NCBI GenBank assembly: GCA_950097015.1
Contig: CATNEN010000012.1
Coordinates: forward strand, 3,348,001 to 3,412,000
Direction of reading: 5' to 3'
Length of the DNA: 64,000 bases
From: Macrostomum hystrix
Lineage: Eukaryota; Animalia; Platyhelminthes
Position numbers and translations under genes: made by a program. Shown here in pieces: positions 1 through 12,300 of the stretch. How positions within the stretch are numbered: the first letter of the stretch is position 1; each line of letters opens with the position of its first letter. The notes under the pieces were generated by a model that was not told the origin of the DNA, ran no database searches, and saw only the letters and a list, made by a program, of their open reading frames with translations.

Positions 1-82
1 CTGTTAGAGATCTGTTTTGATCGTGTTAGACAGGGCTGTTCGATCATGTTAGACAGAGCTGTTCGATCATGTTAGACCGAGC
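1..82. repeat. End of a ~23-24 bp tandem array (CTGTTCGATCATGTTAGACAGAG)
   Basis: About 3 degenerate units at the window edge. Confidence 0.6.
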
Positions 83-145
83 TAAACAAGCAAATATTGT
101 TTGACAAGTACTGAACCTGCAGTCCCCTTTACTCCCATCACGCAG

Positions 146-3100
146 GACCGTCTCTGGTGCATCTCAACCGAGCCTGAACGTCCACCTATCCTCTCGCTGT
201 GGGACACTCGAGAGTCAGGCAGCCGACTGTGCTCAGTGCAGCTCAGCACCAACGTGCCCTGCGACCTGGCCTGCAGCCCGGCTGACTCAACGCTGGTGAT
301 CACTGCTGGCCGCGAGCACGCAGTGTGGTGGCGAGTTGCTGCGGACGGCTCTGACATCCAGCCGCTGGCAAGCGCCGACTTCAGGCGGCTCGTGGCCGGC
401 GGCCGCTCGCCCAGATTCGTGGTGTCGCTGCTTTACTCGCCAGCTGATGGCAGGCTAATTAGCGGCGACTCCAGCGGCAACGTCTGCGTGTGGGCGGCCT
501 CGGGCTCCGGGGAGATGCTCGACTGCGTGCCAGGGGCGCATGAGGTGCGCGCATAAAGCGGATGCCTTAATAGTAATACTCGTAGTAATAATAATACGAG
601 CAATAGTAATTGCGGGATGGCTTCGGGCAATGGCAAATAATTGGGTGCCATGACCCGCAGCTAGCAAGGAGGCAATTCTGCCCATTTCGCTGACTCCTGA
701 GCACACACGCACACAGATACCGTACGCTGGCACACGCTCACACAGGTGTGTACATCTGCCATGACTTTCTCATTGTCAGGCAGTGTACACTCTCATTTGG
801 CTGCGCGCCAAATGAATGTGGCCTCGCCACAGAATCGAGCTTAAAGATATTGATTGGTACGAGAGGTAAACGTGTTAAAAGCTCTGCCACTCACCCCGCA
901 AATGGATGGCTTACTACTAGTAGTTAGGACAGAGCGTACTCTCCGATTTTTAAGAAATCCGTCCACTCGCCCTCAACAAACCGCAGGGTCCGGTGTTCGC
1001 CCTCTGTCTGTACAACAACTCCTGGCTGCTTTCTGGAGGTAGGGATGGCCGGCTGCGCTGCTGGGAGTGGAGCGGCGGCGGCGGCGGCGGCGGTTTGATC
1101 CGTCTGGGAGAGATTCGACTGCCAGCTGGCGAAGGCGGAGTTCGCTGCGTGCGGATCATGAGGGGAGGCGGCGGTGTCGGCGACCATCTGGTGCTGGGCA
1201 CGACCGCGAACTCCGTGTTGCTGTGCCGCGCGAACAGCGATCCCGGATGGTGAGGTGGCTTTTAATTTGGGGATTTTGTTACCCTTTCTACTCGTAATAG
1301 TACATTTTTAACGAACCTCGAAGGTGTCCACTGGACGGCGTCGCTGTTGAGTCAGCTCCGCTGACACGCGGCCACTACGACCAGCTGCAGGGCCTCGGCT
1401 GCGTATCCGGGCGGCCCGGCCTGTTTGTCACCGCCGGCTTCGACGGCCAGGCCTGCGTGTTCAGCGCTGAGACTCGGCTGTGCCTGCACCGGACTGCCTT
1501 TCCTGTGAGCGACGACTCAGGTGGACTGCTTTGCCGTTCCTGGCTTCTCTTCGCCTCGATCAACGCTAATCTCGGATATTCACTGACCTCACTCCAACTG
1601 TGCTTGAAGGGGTTTGGAGTGAGGTGGGTGTGTGCTTCAGTCTATCTGGAGTGCGATGGGCTTCTCGAGTCCAAACCACTTTAAACACGCCCACCTCACT
1701 CCAATACCCTTGAAGCCACCCACGCACCCACCTCACTCCAAAACCCTTGAAAGCAACATACCCAACCTCACTCCAAAACCCTTGAAGCCACCCACACACC
1801 CACCTCACTCCAAAACCCTTGAAGCCACACACCCACCTCACTCCAAAACCCTTGAAGCCACACACCCACCTCACTCCAAAACCCTTGAAGCCACACACCC
1901 ACCTCACTCCAAAACCCTTGAAGCCACCCACGCACCCACCTCACTCCAAAACCCTTGAAGCCACATACCCACCTCACTCCAAAACCCTTGAAGCCACCCA
2001 CACACCCACCTCACTCCAAAACCCTTGAAGCCACCCACGCACCCACCTCACTCCAAAACCCTTGAAGCCACATACCCCACCTCACTCCAAAACCCTTGAA
2101 GCCACATACCCCACCTCACTCCAAAACCCTTGAAGCCACATACCCCACCTCACTCCAAAACCCTTGAAGCCACCCACACACCTCACTCCAAAACCCTTGA
2201 AGCCACCCACGCACCCACCTCACTCCAAAACCCTTGAAGCCACACACCCACCTCACTCCGAAACCTCAGCCAAAAGTTTTTCAAGGATCCATGAACAAAT
2301 ACGAAAGTAACTCTCTCACGCCAATAATCTTGATTATCAATTTTACTCACCTCCAGAAAAAGTGCCTGTCCAGCGTATGCTGGGAGGACAGCAGCACCAT
2401 TGTGCTGGGCACTCGCACAGGTGAAGTCATCATCCTGTTTGAGGAGAACGGCAGCCTCATAGAAGTGTTCAAGGAGGGCGTGGCTACCGCACGTGTTGAT
2501 GCCATCGCCATGTCGCACGGTGAGGAGCTTTCTTTTAAACTCGTATCCAAGGGGTCTAGACGTACTCTCAAGAGTCACAGCAACTCAAAGGCTTTGAGGA
2601 TCTCTGGGATCAGACGGACTCTCAAGAGTCACAGGAATGTGAGTGAGGCCATCCCCACCCACTGCAGACAAGCAGGTGGTTGCTGTAGGCTCATCAGACG
2701 GCCGCATTCACTTTCTTGAGCTGCAAACGGACCCGGCTGATCCCGGCGTAAAATCCTGGCGTCGAGCTTCGACATCCGGCCTGCTGGTCATGCGGCGCGG
2801 CGGTGTCGAAGCTCTGGACTTTGCTAACAACGACTTTGAGGGCTCCAAGCTGCTGTGCGCCAGCAACTCCGCCGGCGAGGTGGCCTTCTGTGAGCGCAGG
2901 CGCTTTACGTTCTACTCATAGTAGCAATGACAGGGCAAGGCAGGGCGGCCTGTTAAACACATGGGCTGCCTGTCTAATGTGTGGGCTGCCTGTCTAATGT
3001 GTGGACTGCCTGTCTAATGTGTGGACTGCCTGTCTAATGTGTGGACTGCCTGTCTAATGTGTGGGCTGCCTGTCTGATGTGTGGACTGCCTGTCTAATGT

Positions 3101-4887
3101 GTGGGCTGCCTGTCTGATGTGTGAGCTGCCTGTCTAATGTGTGAGCTGCCTGTCTAATGTGTGAGCTGCCTGTCTAATGTGTGGACTGCCTGTCAAATGT
3201 GTGGACTGCCTGTCTAATGTGTGGACTGCCTGTCTAATGTGTGAGCTGCCTGTCTGATGTGTGGGCTGCCTGTCTAATGTGTGGACTGCCTGTCTGATGT
3301 GTGGGCTGCCTGTCTAATGTGTGAGCTGCCTGTCTAATGTGTGGGCTGCCTGTCTGATGTGTGAGCTGCTATTCTAATGTGTGAGCTGCCTGTCAAATGT
3401 GTGAGCTGCCTGTCTAATGTGTGGACTGCCTGTCTAATGTGTGGACTGCCTGTCTAATGTGTGGAGCTGCCTGTCTAATGTGTGGAGCTGCCTGTCTAAT
3501 GTGTGGACTGCCTGTCTAATGTGTGGACTGCCTGTCTAATGTGTGGAGCTGCCTGTCTAATGTGTGAGCTGCCTGTCTAATGTGTGAGCTGCCTGTCTAA
3601 TGTGTGAGCTGCCTGTCTAATGTGTGGGCTGCCTGTCAAATGTGTGAGCTGCCTGTCTAATGTGTGAGCTGCCTGTCTAATGTGTGAGCTGCCTGTCTAA
3701 TGTGTGAGCTGTTTGTCTAACATAAAGAACGGCCTCTCTAAAACGTATTGATACTAGTCATTGATGTCGTGAGTAGTACTTGTTCTTGAGCTTTTCTAAA
3801 TCTCGGCTCGAACTAATCAAAGGTGACGCAACTCATATTCACCTGGCCGGAGATGAGCAGCGTTTCAGAGATGTTTCCTGGAAATCCTACAGCTCCCTGT
3901 TTGCCTATTACACTGTCGGTAAGTAAAACATCTCCTATGATAATTTTTCACAATGAAAATAAGAGTACTCAAATATGTTGTTAATTACTGATTAGGAGCC
4001 TGGAACTCCCCAATTCTGACGCAAACACCTGGCGCAAAAGTGTGCTCAACTGCCGTGGCTGTCAAAGTGAAATTACTGGCTGTTGGACTCAGCGACTGTC
4101 GGATTCTGCTCTGCAGATTCCCATGCGTTCAGCCGGCCGTGAGCTGACCATGATTTTTATTATGAAAATGACCTTTATTATCCCCTTATTTGCGACTAGA
4201 CCAGCAATCCACTAGATGCTAATCCGAGAGGGCTAGACTAGCAATCCACTAGATGCTAATATGAGAGGGTTAGACTAGCAATCCCCTAGATTTTAATCCG
4301 AGAGGGTTAGACTAGCAATCCATTAGATGATAGCCCGAGAGAGCTAGACTAGCAATCCACTAGATGCTAATCCGAGAGGGTTAGACTAGCAATCCCCTAG
4401 ATGCTAATCTGAGAGGGTTAGACTAGCAATCCCCTAGATGCTAATCCGAGAGGGTTAGACTAGCAATCCATTAGATGATAGCCCGAGAGAGCTAGACTAG
4501 CAATCCACTAGATGCTAATCCGAGAGGGTTAGACTAGCAATCCCCTAGATGCTAATCCGAGAGGGTTAGACTAGCAATCCACTGGATGGTATTCTGTGTG
4601 GGCTAGACTAGCAATCCACTGGATGGTATTCTGTGTGCGCTAGACTAGCAATCCACTGGATGGTATTCTGTGTGGGCTAGACTAGCAATGCACTAGATTC
4701 TGTTCTGAGTGGGCTGGACTAGCAATCCCCTGAACCAGCATTCGTGTCCGATTCCCTGACTCAGGCTCAGTGCCATCAGTTGTCGGTCCCAATTCGGCCA
4801 GCCCGTCTGACCTTCACTCGCGACGGCTCGCGGCTTGTCTGCGTGGGTGGGGCCGATGCTTGCGTCATGCAGTGGCGACTGGTCTGA
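146..4887 (+). CDS. EML/EMAP-like WD40 (TAPE-domain) microtubule-associated protein, 3' part only; exons 146-544, 987-1249, 1324-1504, 2357-2519, 2668-2889, 3823-3918, 3996-4138, 4765-4887
   Basis: All junctions are GT-AG and phase-consistent (530 codons). The spliced protein has EML-type WD motifs GAHE|GPVFALC..LLSGGRDG, RGHYDQLQGLG..FVTAGFDG and VSWKSYSSLFAYYTVGAW, and ends LTFTRDGSRLVCVGGADACVMQWRLV*. The 5' exons lie outside the window. Confidence 0.85.
1690..2262. repeat. 33-37 bp minisatellite CCACCTCACTCCAAAACCCTTGAAGCCAC(AC/CCACGC) in EML intron
   Basis: Direct tandem units; one inverted unit at about 1603-1640. Confidence 0.95.
2960..3720. repeat. 20-bp minisatellite CTGCCTGTCTAATGTGTGGA in EML intron
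   Basis: Direct tandem units. Confidence 0.95.
4195..4735. repeat. 37-bp minisatellite ACTAGCAATCCACTAGATGCTAATCCGAGAGGGTTAG in EML intron
   Basis: Direct tandem units that diverge toward the 3' end. Confidence 0.95.
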
Positions 4888-4924
4888 TAACTGACCTCCT
4901 CATATCAGTTAGTCTGATAACTTA

Positions 4925-5370
4925 CAGGGTCACATAGAATCACGGAGAGTCACAGAGAGCCGCAGAGAGTCACAGAGAGTCACATGGTATCACAGAGAGT
5001 CACTTGGGATCAGAGAGAGTCACATAGGATCACAGAGAGTCGCATAGGATCACAGAGAGTCACAAAGTCACAGAGAGTCACAGAAAGTCACAGAGAGTCA
5101 CATAGAGTCACAGAGAGTCACATAGAGTCACATGGGATCACAGAGAGTCACATAGGATCACAGAGAGTCACATAGGATCACAGAGAGTCACAGAGAGTCA
5201 CAGAAAGTCACAGAGAGTCACATAGAGTCACAGAGAGTCACATAGAGTCACATGGGATCACAGAGAGTCACATTAGAGTCACAGAGAGTCACATAGAGTC
5301 ACATGGGATCACAGAGAGTCACATTGGATCACAGAGAGTCACATAGAGTCACATGGGATCACATTGGAGT
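4925..5370. repeat. 10-bp repeat GAGTCACAGA downstream of EML stop
   Basis: Direct tandem units. Confidence 0.95.
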
Positions 5371-6390
5371 ACAAGAACAAGATAACTATTTGCTATATTG
5401 TACCTGTAAGCAGGAATTTATTTTTATCACTTCAAGTGAGCTATTGCATCAAATTTTATTGAAATTAACAAAAAAACTGCATTACGAAATGAAATAAACA
5501 GTCAACTTTGTCAGGAGAGTGGCGTGAATTGAGAATGGTTAGAACTTTTTTGCTCGAAGATCTGATTTAGCTGTGTTAATGCTGATTATTTTATTGAATT
5601 TTGTGTCAGTCATCTAATAGTATTTTATGAGGCTAAATTTCTTTGCTCTCCTTTCCTGTGGCTTACAAGCTTGGCTCACAACGATAGGGTAAGTGATAAA
5701 TAGATATTTATACATAGATTATCGCTTAATTAGTAGAAAAAACAGCACTTTACAAAGCGGGATTAATCATGTAACCCTTTGCACTAAACTTTAGTAGGCT
5801 GCGACAGTATTTTGCATTGATCAAAGCGGAGCTAATGATATTGTCGCTAAGTGCCAATTAGGAATTGTGTGACATTGGATTTTATCAAATTAAAACAAGC
5901 TCGAGCCTCTATATATAAATTACTTGTATACATAAATTATAATTTACTGATCATCACTGTATTGTGTCACTCAGTCTTGGACTACCAAAGTTATTACGGA
6001 AGTCGGGCGTTTCTGAGAAAACTGGTCCATGGCTTAGTCGCAGAAATCCTTTTTATTTTAAGTTTGATTTAAGGATGTCTGGGGTTGAGTGTCTTTGTTT
6101 GTCAGAGATTCAGTGTCTTCGTCAGATATTAAGTGTATTTGTTTGTCAGAGCTTGCGTGTCATTGTATGTATAAGGTTTAGTGTCTTTGTTTATCGGAGA
6201 TTAAATATCATTTATATGTTAGGCATAAAGTCTTTGTTTTTTGTTTTCAGTGTCTTCAGATGATAGCTGCGGCTATGCCAACTTTCTGTACATCTAGCCC
6301 AATTAGGCGTAAAATCGAAGAATATAAAATGTAACTCTTTTCTCTGAGGTTCAATTGTCTTTGTATTCATTTGTCTCCGTGTGAGTCGAG

Positions 6391-9300
6391 TCACACGGAG
6401 CCGTCCTTGTACAGCATGTAGGTGAGCCAGTACACCAGGTTGAATAGCATGAAGCAGATCGGATAGGCGAACACGAACAGGTTGTCCACGCGCTCGGCCT
6501 CAAACCCGTCGTCGCTTTCGATGCCAATCTCGCCGTCGTTCTCGCCGTCGACACCGCGCGACACGCGCAGTCGCAGTGGGCGTCGACTCTCGCCGGCGCC
6601 GGCGCCAGCATCCACGTCGCCGCCATTGTTGTCGTCCGACTTCTTTGTCGGATCGTCACGATGTCGAGCCCGCCTGCCAGGCAGCATGTTGCCCCCGAGC
6701 ATAGTCAGCTCCTTGCGCATCAGGCCGCGGAGCTCGTCCCGCAGCTGTCGCTGCTCCTGACGGCGGGCCAGCATGTTGACCAGCGCAAACTCCAGCAGGG
6801 AGGCAACGACGAAGGCCAGACAGGCAAACAGCCACACGTCAATGGCCTTGATATAGGAGACTCGGGGCAGCTTCTGGCGGATGGAGAGAACCGGAGAGAG
6901 TCACTGAGAGTCACTGAGAGTCACCGAGAGTCACTGAGAGTCACTGAGAGTCACCGAGAGTCACCGAGAGTCACCGAGAGTCACCGAGAGTCACGGAGGG
7001 TCACGGAGGGTCACGGAGGATCACGGAGGGTCACGGAGGGTCACAGTGGGTCACGGAGGGTCACGGAGGGTCACGGATGGCCAAAAAGAGCTACCAACAG
7101 TCAAAAAGATTTGGGTAATGGATAATAAAGCAATAGAACATTGTGTTTGGGGTTATAATGTGATTTAATCTGCTATAAAAGTATTCTAAATTTTATTTGG
7201 GATACTTACGACAAACATTTTATCATTAATTATCCAGTTTATTCATTTTATTATTCAGTTCTCTGATGACTGAATCATTTTACCATTCAGTTCCCTGATG
7301 ACTGAATCATTTTATCATTCAGTTCCCTGATGACTGAATCATTTTATCATTCAGTTCCCTAATGACTGAATCATTTTATCATTAAGCGTATTTTCGGAAT
7401 TTAGCGTGGGATACAGTTTTTTGGTACTCTAATTGGGATAGAGTTAAATTTTGAGTTGGTAAGTCTATGATATTTGGTTTCATCACAATATTAGTTTAGC
7501 TAAAATGTTATTTTTTTCTATAAAATTTCATAGTATGTCTAGGCCCCAGATACTATCATTAGCTTTATTATTAGACCTCGAGTGGGCTTAAATGCACCCA
7601 AGCGTTTATTCAGCCAATCAAGTACAGTGTCCTTATACGTAGAAGCTTATAGTTAAGCTATTTCCTTAACGCTTCATCAGATCTGAATGGCTCATTCCAA
7701 AAAGCTTAGTAGGACAGGTCTTGAAGAGAATATGAAGCTACGACTGTAGCCCGAGCAGTTATTTTTTGCACGGATTTAGGTCTGGAGAATGCTCAGCGAT
7801 CTCAAGACATCTGCGACATCAGGAAAAACTCGGAAAACTCTGCGACATTCAGTTTCTGCTTACCTAGATTCAGTTTCTGCTTAGCTAGATTCAGTTTCTG
7901 CTTACCTAGATTCAGTTTCTGCTTACCTAGATTCAGTTTCTGCTTACCTAGATTCAGTTTCTGCTTAGCTAGATTCAGTTTCTGCTTACCTAGATTCAGT
8001 TTCTGCTTAGCTAGATTCAGTTTCTGCTTACCTAGATTCAGTTTCTGCTTAGCTAGATTCAGTTTCTGCTTACCTAGATTCAGTTTCTGCTTAGCTAGAT
8101 TCAGTTTCTGCTTAGCTAGATTCAGTTTCTGCTTAGCTAGATTCAGTTTCTGCTTAGCTAGATTCAGTTTCTGCTTACCTAGATTCAGTTTCTGCTTAGC
8201 TAGATTCAGTTTCTGCTTACCTAGATTCAGTTTCTGCTTAGCTAGATTCAGTTTCTGCTTAGCTAGATTCAGTTTCTGCTTACCTAGATTCAGTTTCTGC
8301 TTAGCTAGATTCAGTTTCTGCTTACCTAGATTCAGTTTCTGCTTACCTAGATTCAGTTTCTGCTTAGCTAGATTCAGTTTCTGCTTACCTAGATTCAGTT
8401 TCTGCTTACCTAGATTCAGTTTCTGCTTAGCTAGATTCAGTTTCTGCTTAGCTAGATTCAGTTTCTGCTTAGCTAGATTCAGTTTCTGCTTAACAAACCT
8501 CAGTTTCTGCTTAACAAACCTCAGTTTCTGCTTAACAAACTTCAGGTTCGGCTTAACAAACCTCAGTTTCTGCTTAACAAACCTCAGTTTCTGCTTAACA
8601 AACTTCAGTTTCTGCTTAACAAACTTCAGTTTCTGCTTAACAAACTTCAGTTTCTGCTTAACAAACCTCAGTTTCTGGTTAACAAACTTCATGTTCGGCT
8701 TAACAAACCTCAGTTTCTGCCTACCAAGCTCCAATATTTGCCTATTGAGTGCATTTTGTGTCTGCCCAACTGCAAGTCCATCTCGATAAGTCCAATCATT
8801 CAAGCTGCCACCTGTATTATCGTTGTTTTTAAGTCCGAACAGAAAAGTAATTAATAAGCATACGAGTCCGAGGTTTCATTGGGCAAAGCAAAGCTTGCTA
8901 ATTGATTCTCGCCGGAACTTTACAAGGTAATAAATCACTCGCCAGCTGCTTGTGTTAAAAGCCCCGGCCGACTAAAATTGGTATGAATAATTCACTAAGA
9001 AAGAAATGGACAACGAAAAAGTGCTCAAAATTGAGCAGCGTTTCAACTAATACATGAAATAATTGCTAACAGCATTTTATATTTTAAAATTTGAGTGACT
9101 GTAAGGTTGACTAAGCAAGAAGTGCTTTAATGTCTCCAAGAGAATTCGCCCTAATAAAACAGTAATAAAAATTGAACCATAAAAAGCAGTTTTTTCTTTT
9201 TTACTGCCTTTCCGATGTAGAGATTCGAATTTCAAAGACAGACAAACCCCTCTCTGAATTCTTCATCTCATCGAGAATCTGAATAGCTAATTGTAAGGCG

Positions 9301-12300
9301 GACGAGATTTTGAAAAAATCTATGCCATTTTTTCTAAGAAATGTTAAGAAGGCACTTGACAATATTTGAAAGTTTCTTTTGTACTTTTAAAGTTTATTCA
9401 GGCCTTTTTTATAGACGTGAAACCATTTCTTTAGCCTTCTATCGATCGGGTCTTCTATCGATCGGGTCTTCTATCGATCGGGTCTTCTATCGATCGGGTC
9501 TTCTATCGATCGGGTCTTCTATCGATCGGGTCTTCTATCGATCGGGTCTTCTATCGATCGGGTCTTCTATCGATCAGGTCTTCTATCGATCAGCAATTTT
9601 ATCGATCGAAGCATCGATCTATCGATCAGCAATTTTATCGATCTGGTCCACTATCGATCGAAGTATCGATCTATCGGTCTTTTATCAATATGGTTTTTTA
9701 TCTCTCTGACCTTCAATGTACTCATTTCTTACCACTAATGTTTAAGCGTTTCGGATATTTTTTATTTCTTCTTTTTTTAGAAGCCCTTTTCGGGGAATCC
9801 TTTTATTGAGCGTCAGCAGCGAAAATCGTGTGACAGACCTCTACCCCCCTCAAAGGCACCGACCTGCATAGCTGCAGCCGACTGGGTCATGAGAGCCAGC
9901 ACCGACAGCAGGCCCAGTGTGATCCGCGCCGGCACCGCTTTGTAGTCAATCCAGAATGAGATCCAGGAAATGGCCACAATGAGAATAGACGGCAGGTAGG
10001 TGTAGATCAGGTAAAATCCGAACTTTCTAACCAGCCGAAACTCAACAAACAGGCAGGTGAAGGCGCCGGTCGCATTGTAGGCCTTCAGGCAGCTGCCAGC
10101 GCGCACAGAGGGCAGCTCAAATTCGTTGAGCATCATCTGCTTGTTCAGGCTCACCGAGGGTCCTCTGCGCATCCACACAAACTGCAGGTCGCTGACCGAG
10201 AACCCGTAGCTGCCAATCTCCAACGGGCACAGCTGGGTGTCCATTGGGAAGTTCCACAGCTGCCGACGGAAAGTGGAGTGGATGGGAAATACTCGGCAAT
10301 AGCCCTTCCAGTAGGAGATCCTGAGGTGTGAGAAAACTTTTCCCGCGAGCTAAGGAGCAATTTTAGCTTTCCGTTCGCGAGGACAGTCTCTGGAGGCATT
10401 CACTAATGCGGGCATTCAATCTGATGAATAATTGAAACCAGCTCGTATCTATGCGCATCGCAGTTTTAGTAAACTATTAGAATATCAAACCCCAAGAAGT
10501 TTTAGAATTTGAGTTGGCTGTGGCCGGGCTGACCCACAGTTCCGCTGGCATCACTGAGCACTCGCAGCAATATTTACTGAAGTGAGGTGGGTATGTGGCT
10601 GTGATCGGTCTGAAGTGAGGTAGGTGTGTGGCTGTGATTGGTCTGGAGTGAGGTGGGTGTGTGGCTATGATTAGTCTGGAGTGAGATGGGTATGTGGCTG
10701 TGATAGGTCTGAAGTGAGGTGGGTGTGTGGCTGTGATTGGTCTGGAGTGAGGTGGGTGTGTGGCTGTGATTAGTCTGGAGTGAGATGGTATGTGGCTGTG
10801 ATTGGTCTGAGTGAGGTGGGTGTGTGCTGTGATAGGTCTGAAGTGAGGTGGGTGTGTGGCTATGATTAGTCTGGAGTGAGATGGGTATGTGGCTGTGATT
10901 GGTCTGGAGTGAGGTGGGTATGTGGCTTTGATTGGTCTGGAGTGAGGTGGGTGTGTGGCTTTGATTAGTCTGTAGTGAGATGGGTATGTGGCTGTGATTG
11001 GTCTGGAGTGAGGTGGGTGTGTGGCTGTGATTGGTCTGGAGTGAGGTGGGTGTGTGGCTGTGATTAGTCTGGAGTGAGATTGGTATGTGGCTGTGATAGG
11101 TCTGAAGTGAGGTGGGTGTGTGGCTGTGATTGGTCTGGAGTGAGATGGGTATGTGGCTATGATGGTCTGGAGTGAGGTGGGTATGTGGCTTTGATTGGTC
11201 TGGAGTGAGATGGGTTTGTGGCTGCAATCGTGTAATTTTCTATGAAACGTGTGACCTCGCCTAGCTCCATTTCACTCACCTGCATCGGGCAGGCCAAGCG
11301 AATTGTAAGCTTCTGTGAGAACGTAATTAAGCCGTCGTGCTGGAGCCAGATCAGGTAGTTGGGCGTTGTGATGACGTGCAAAAACCCATGCTTGGCGTTG
11401 CGAAAGAACAGGTCCGGTATCCAGATCTTCTCCTTGAGATAGCTCAGACTCAGGCTGTGATTATAGCCGACAAACTGAAGGCGAGGATCGCGCCACTTCT
11501 GGCGCAAAAGGATGTCAATGCTGTAGTCCATGTCGATGACGTTGATGCTGCCGAAGCTCTGGACGAACATGTTGATCTCCACAACCGTGGGTGCGCCAGA
11601 GTATCCTGGCCTGCAGAGTGGGGCGAGAGGACAGTTTGTTGGCGCAGTGACAAGTTCTTGTGGCTATCTGGATATGTTCCAGTTTCAGACAACCTTCCAG
11701 TTTCAGGCAACCTTCCAGTTTGGGGCAACCTTCCAGTTTGGGGCAACCTTCCAGTTTGGGGCAACCTTCCAGTTTGGGTCAACCTTCCAGTTTGGGTCAA
11801 CCATCCAGTTTGGGGCAACCTTCCAGTGTGGGGCAACCTTCCAGTGTGGGGCAACCTTCCAGTTTGGGGCAACCTTCCAGTTTAAAGCAACCTTCCAGTT
11901 TGGAAGAACCTTCCAATTTGATTCAACCTAACCTTTTTGCTTGCCACTTGTCACAGTTACTAGTGTTAAGTGTGAGAAAAATTTTTTTCCTCTCATGAAA
12001 AATGTGTCACCCAAATGTGCAAGCTAACAAGATGAGTATGTTTGCGATAAAGCATAGTCTTAGCATAGATAAATAATAACGTATTGTTTCGGTTTTAGAA
12101 CGACGAGATGCCATCATAATGAAATGAAACCAGATTCAAAGGAAGTGAAAGTGATGACTGACAACCGATGGCTTGTCAATTATCGCCCTTGGATTAGCAT
12201 TTGGCCCTCAAAGAGAGTAGAAGAGAGAATGCTTGTTGACAAGGCCGCAATTGTAGCTGTTTATGCCCGTGTGAATTTACGAAATGATCCCAGCAACAGC

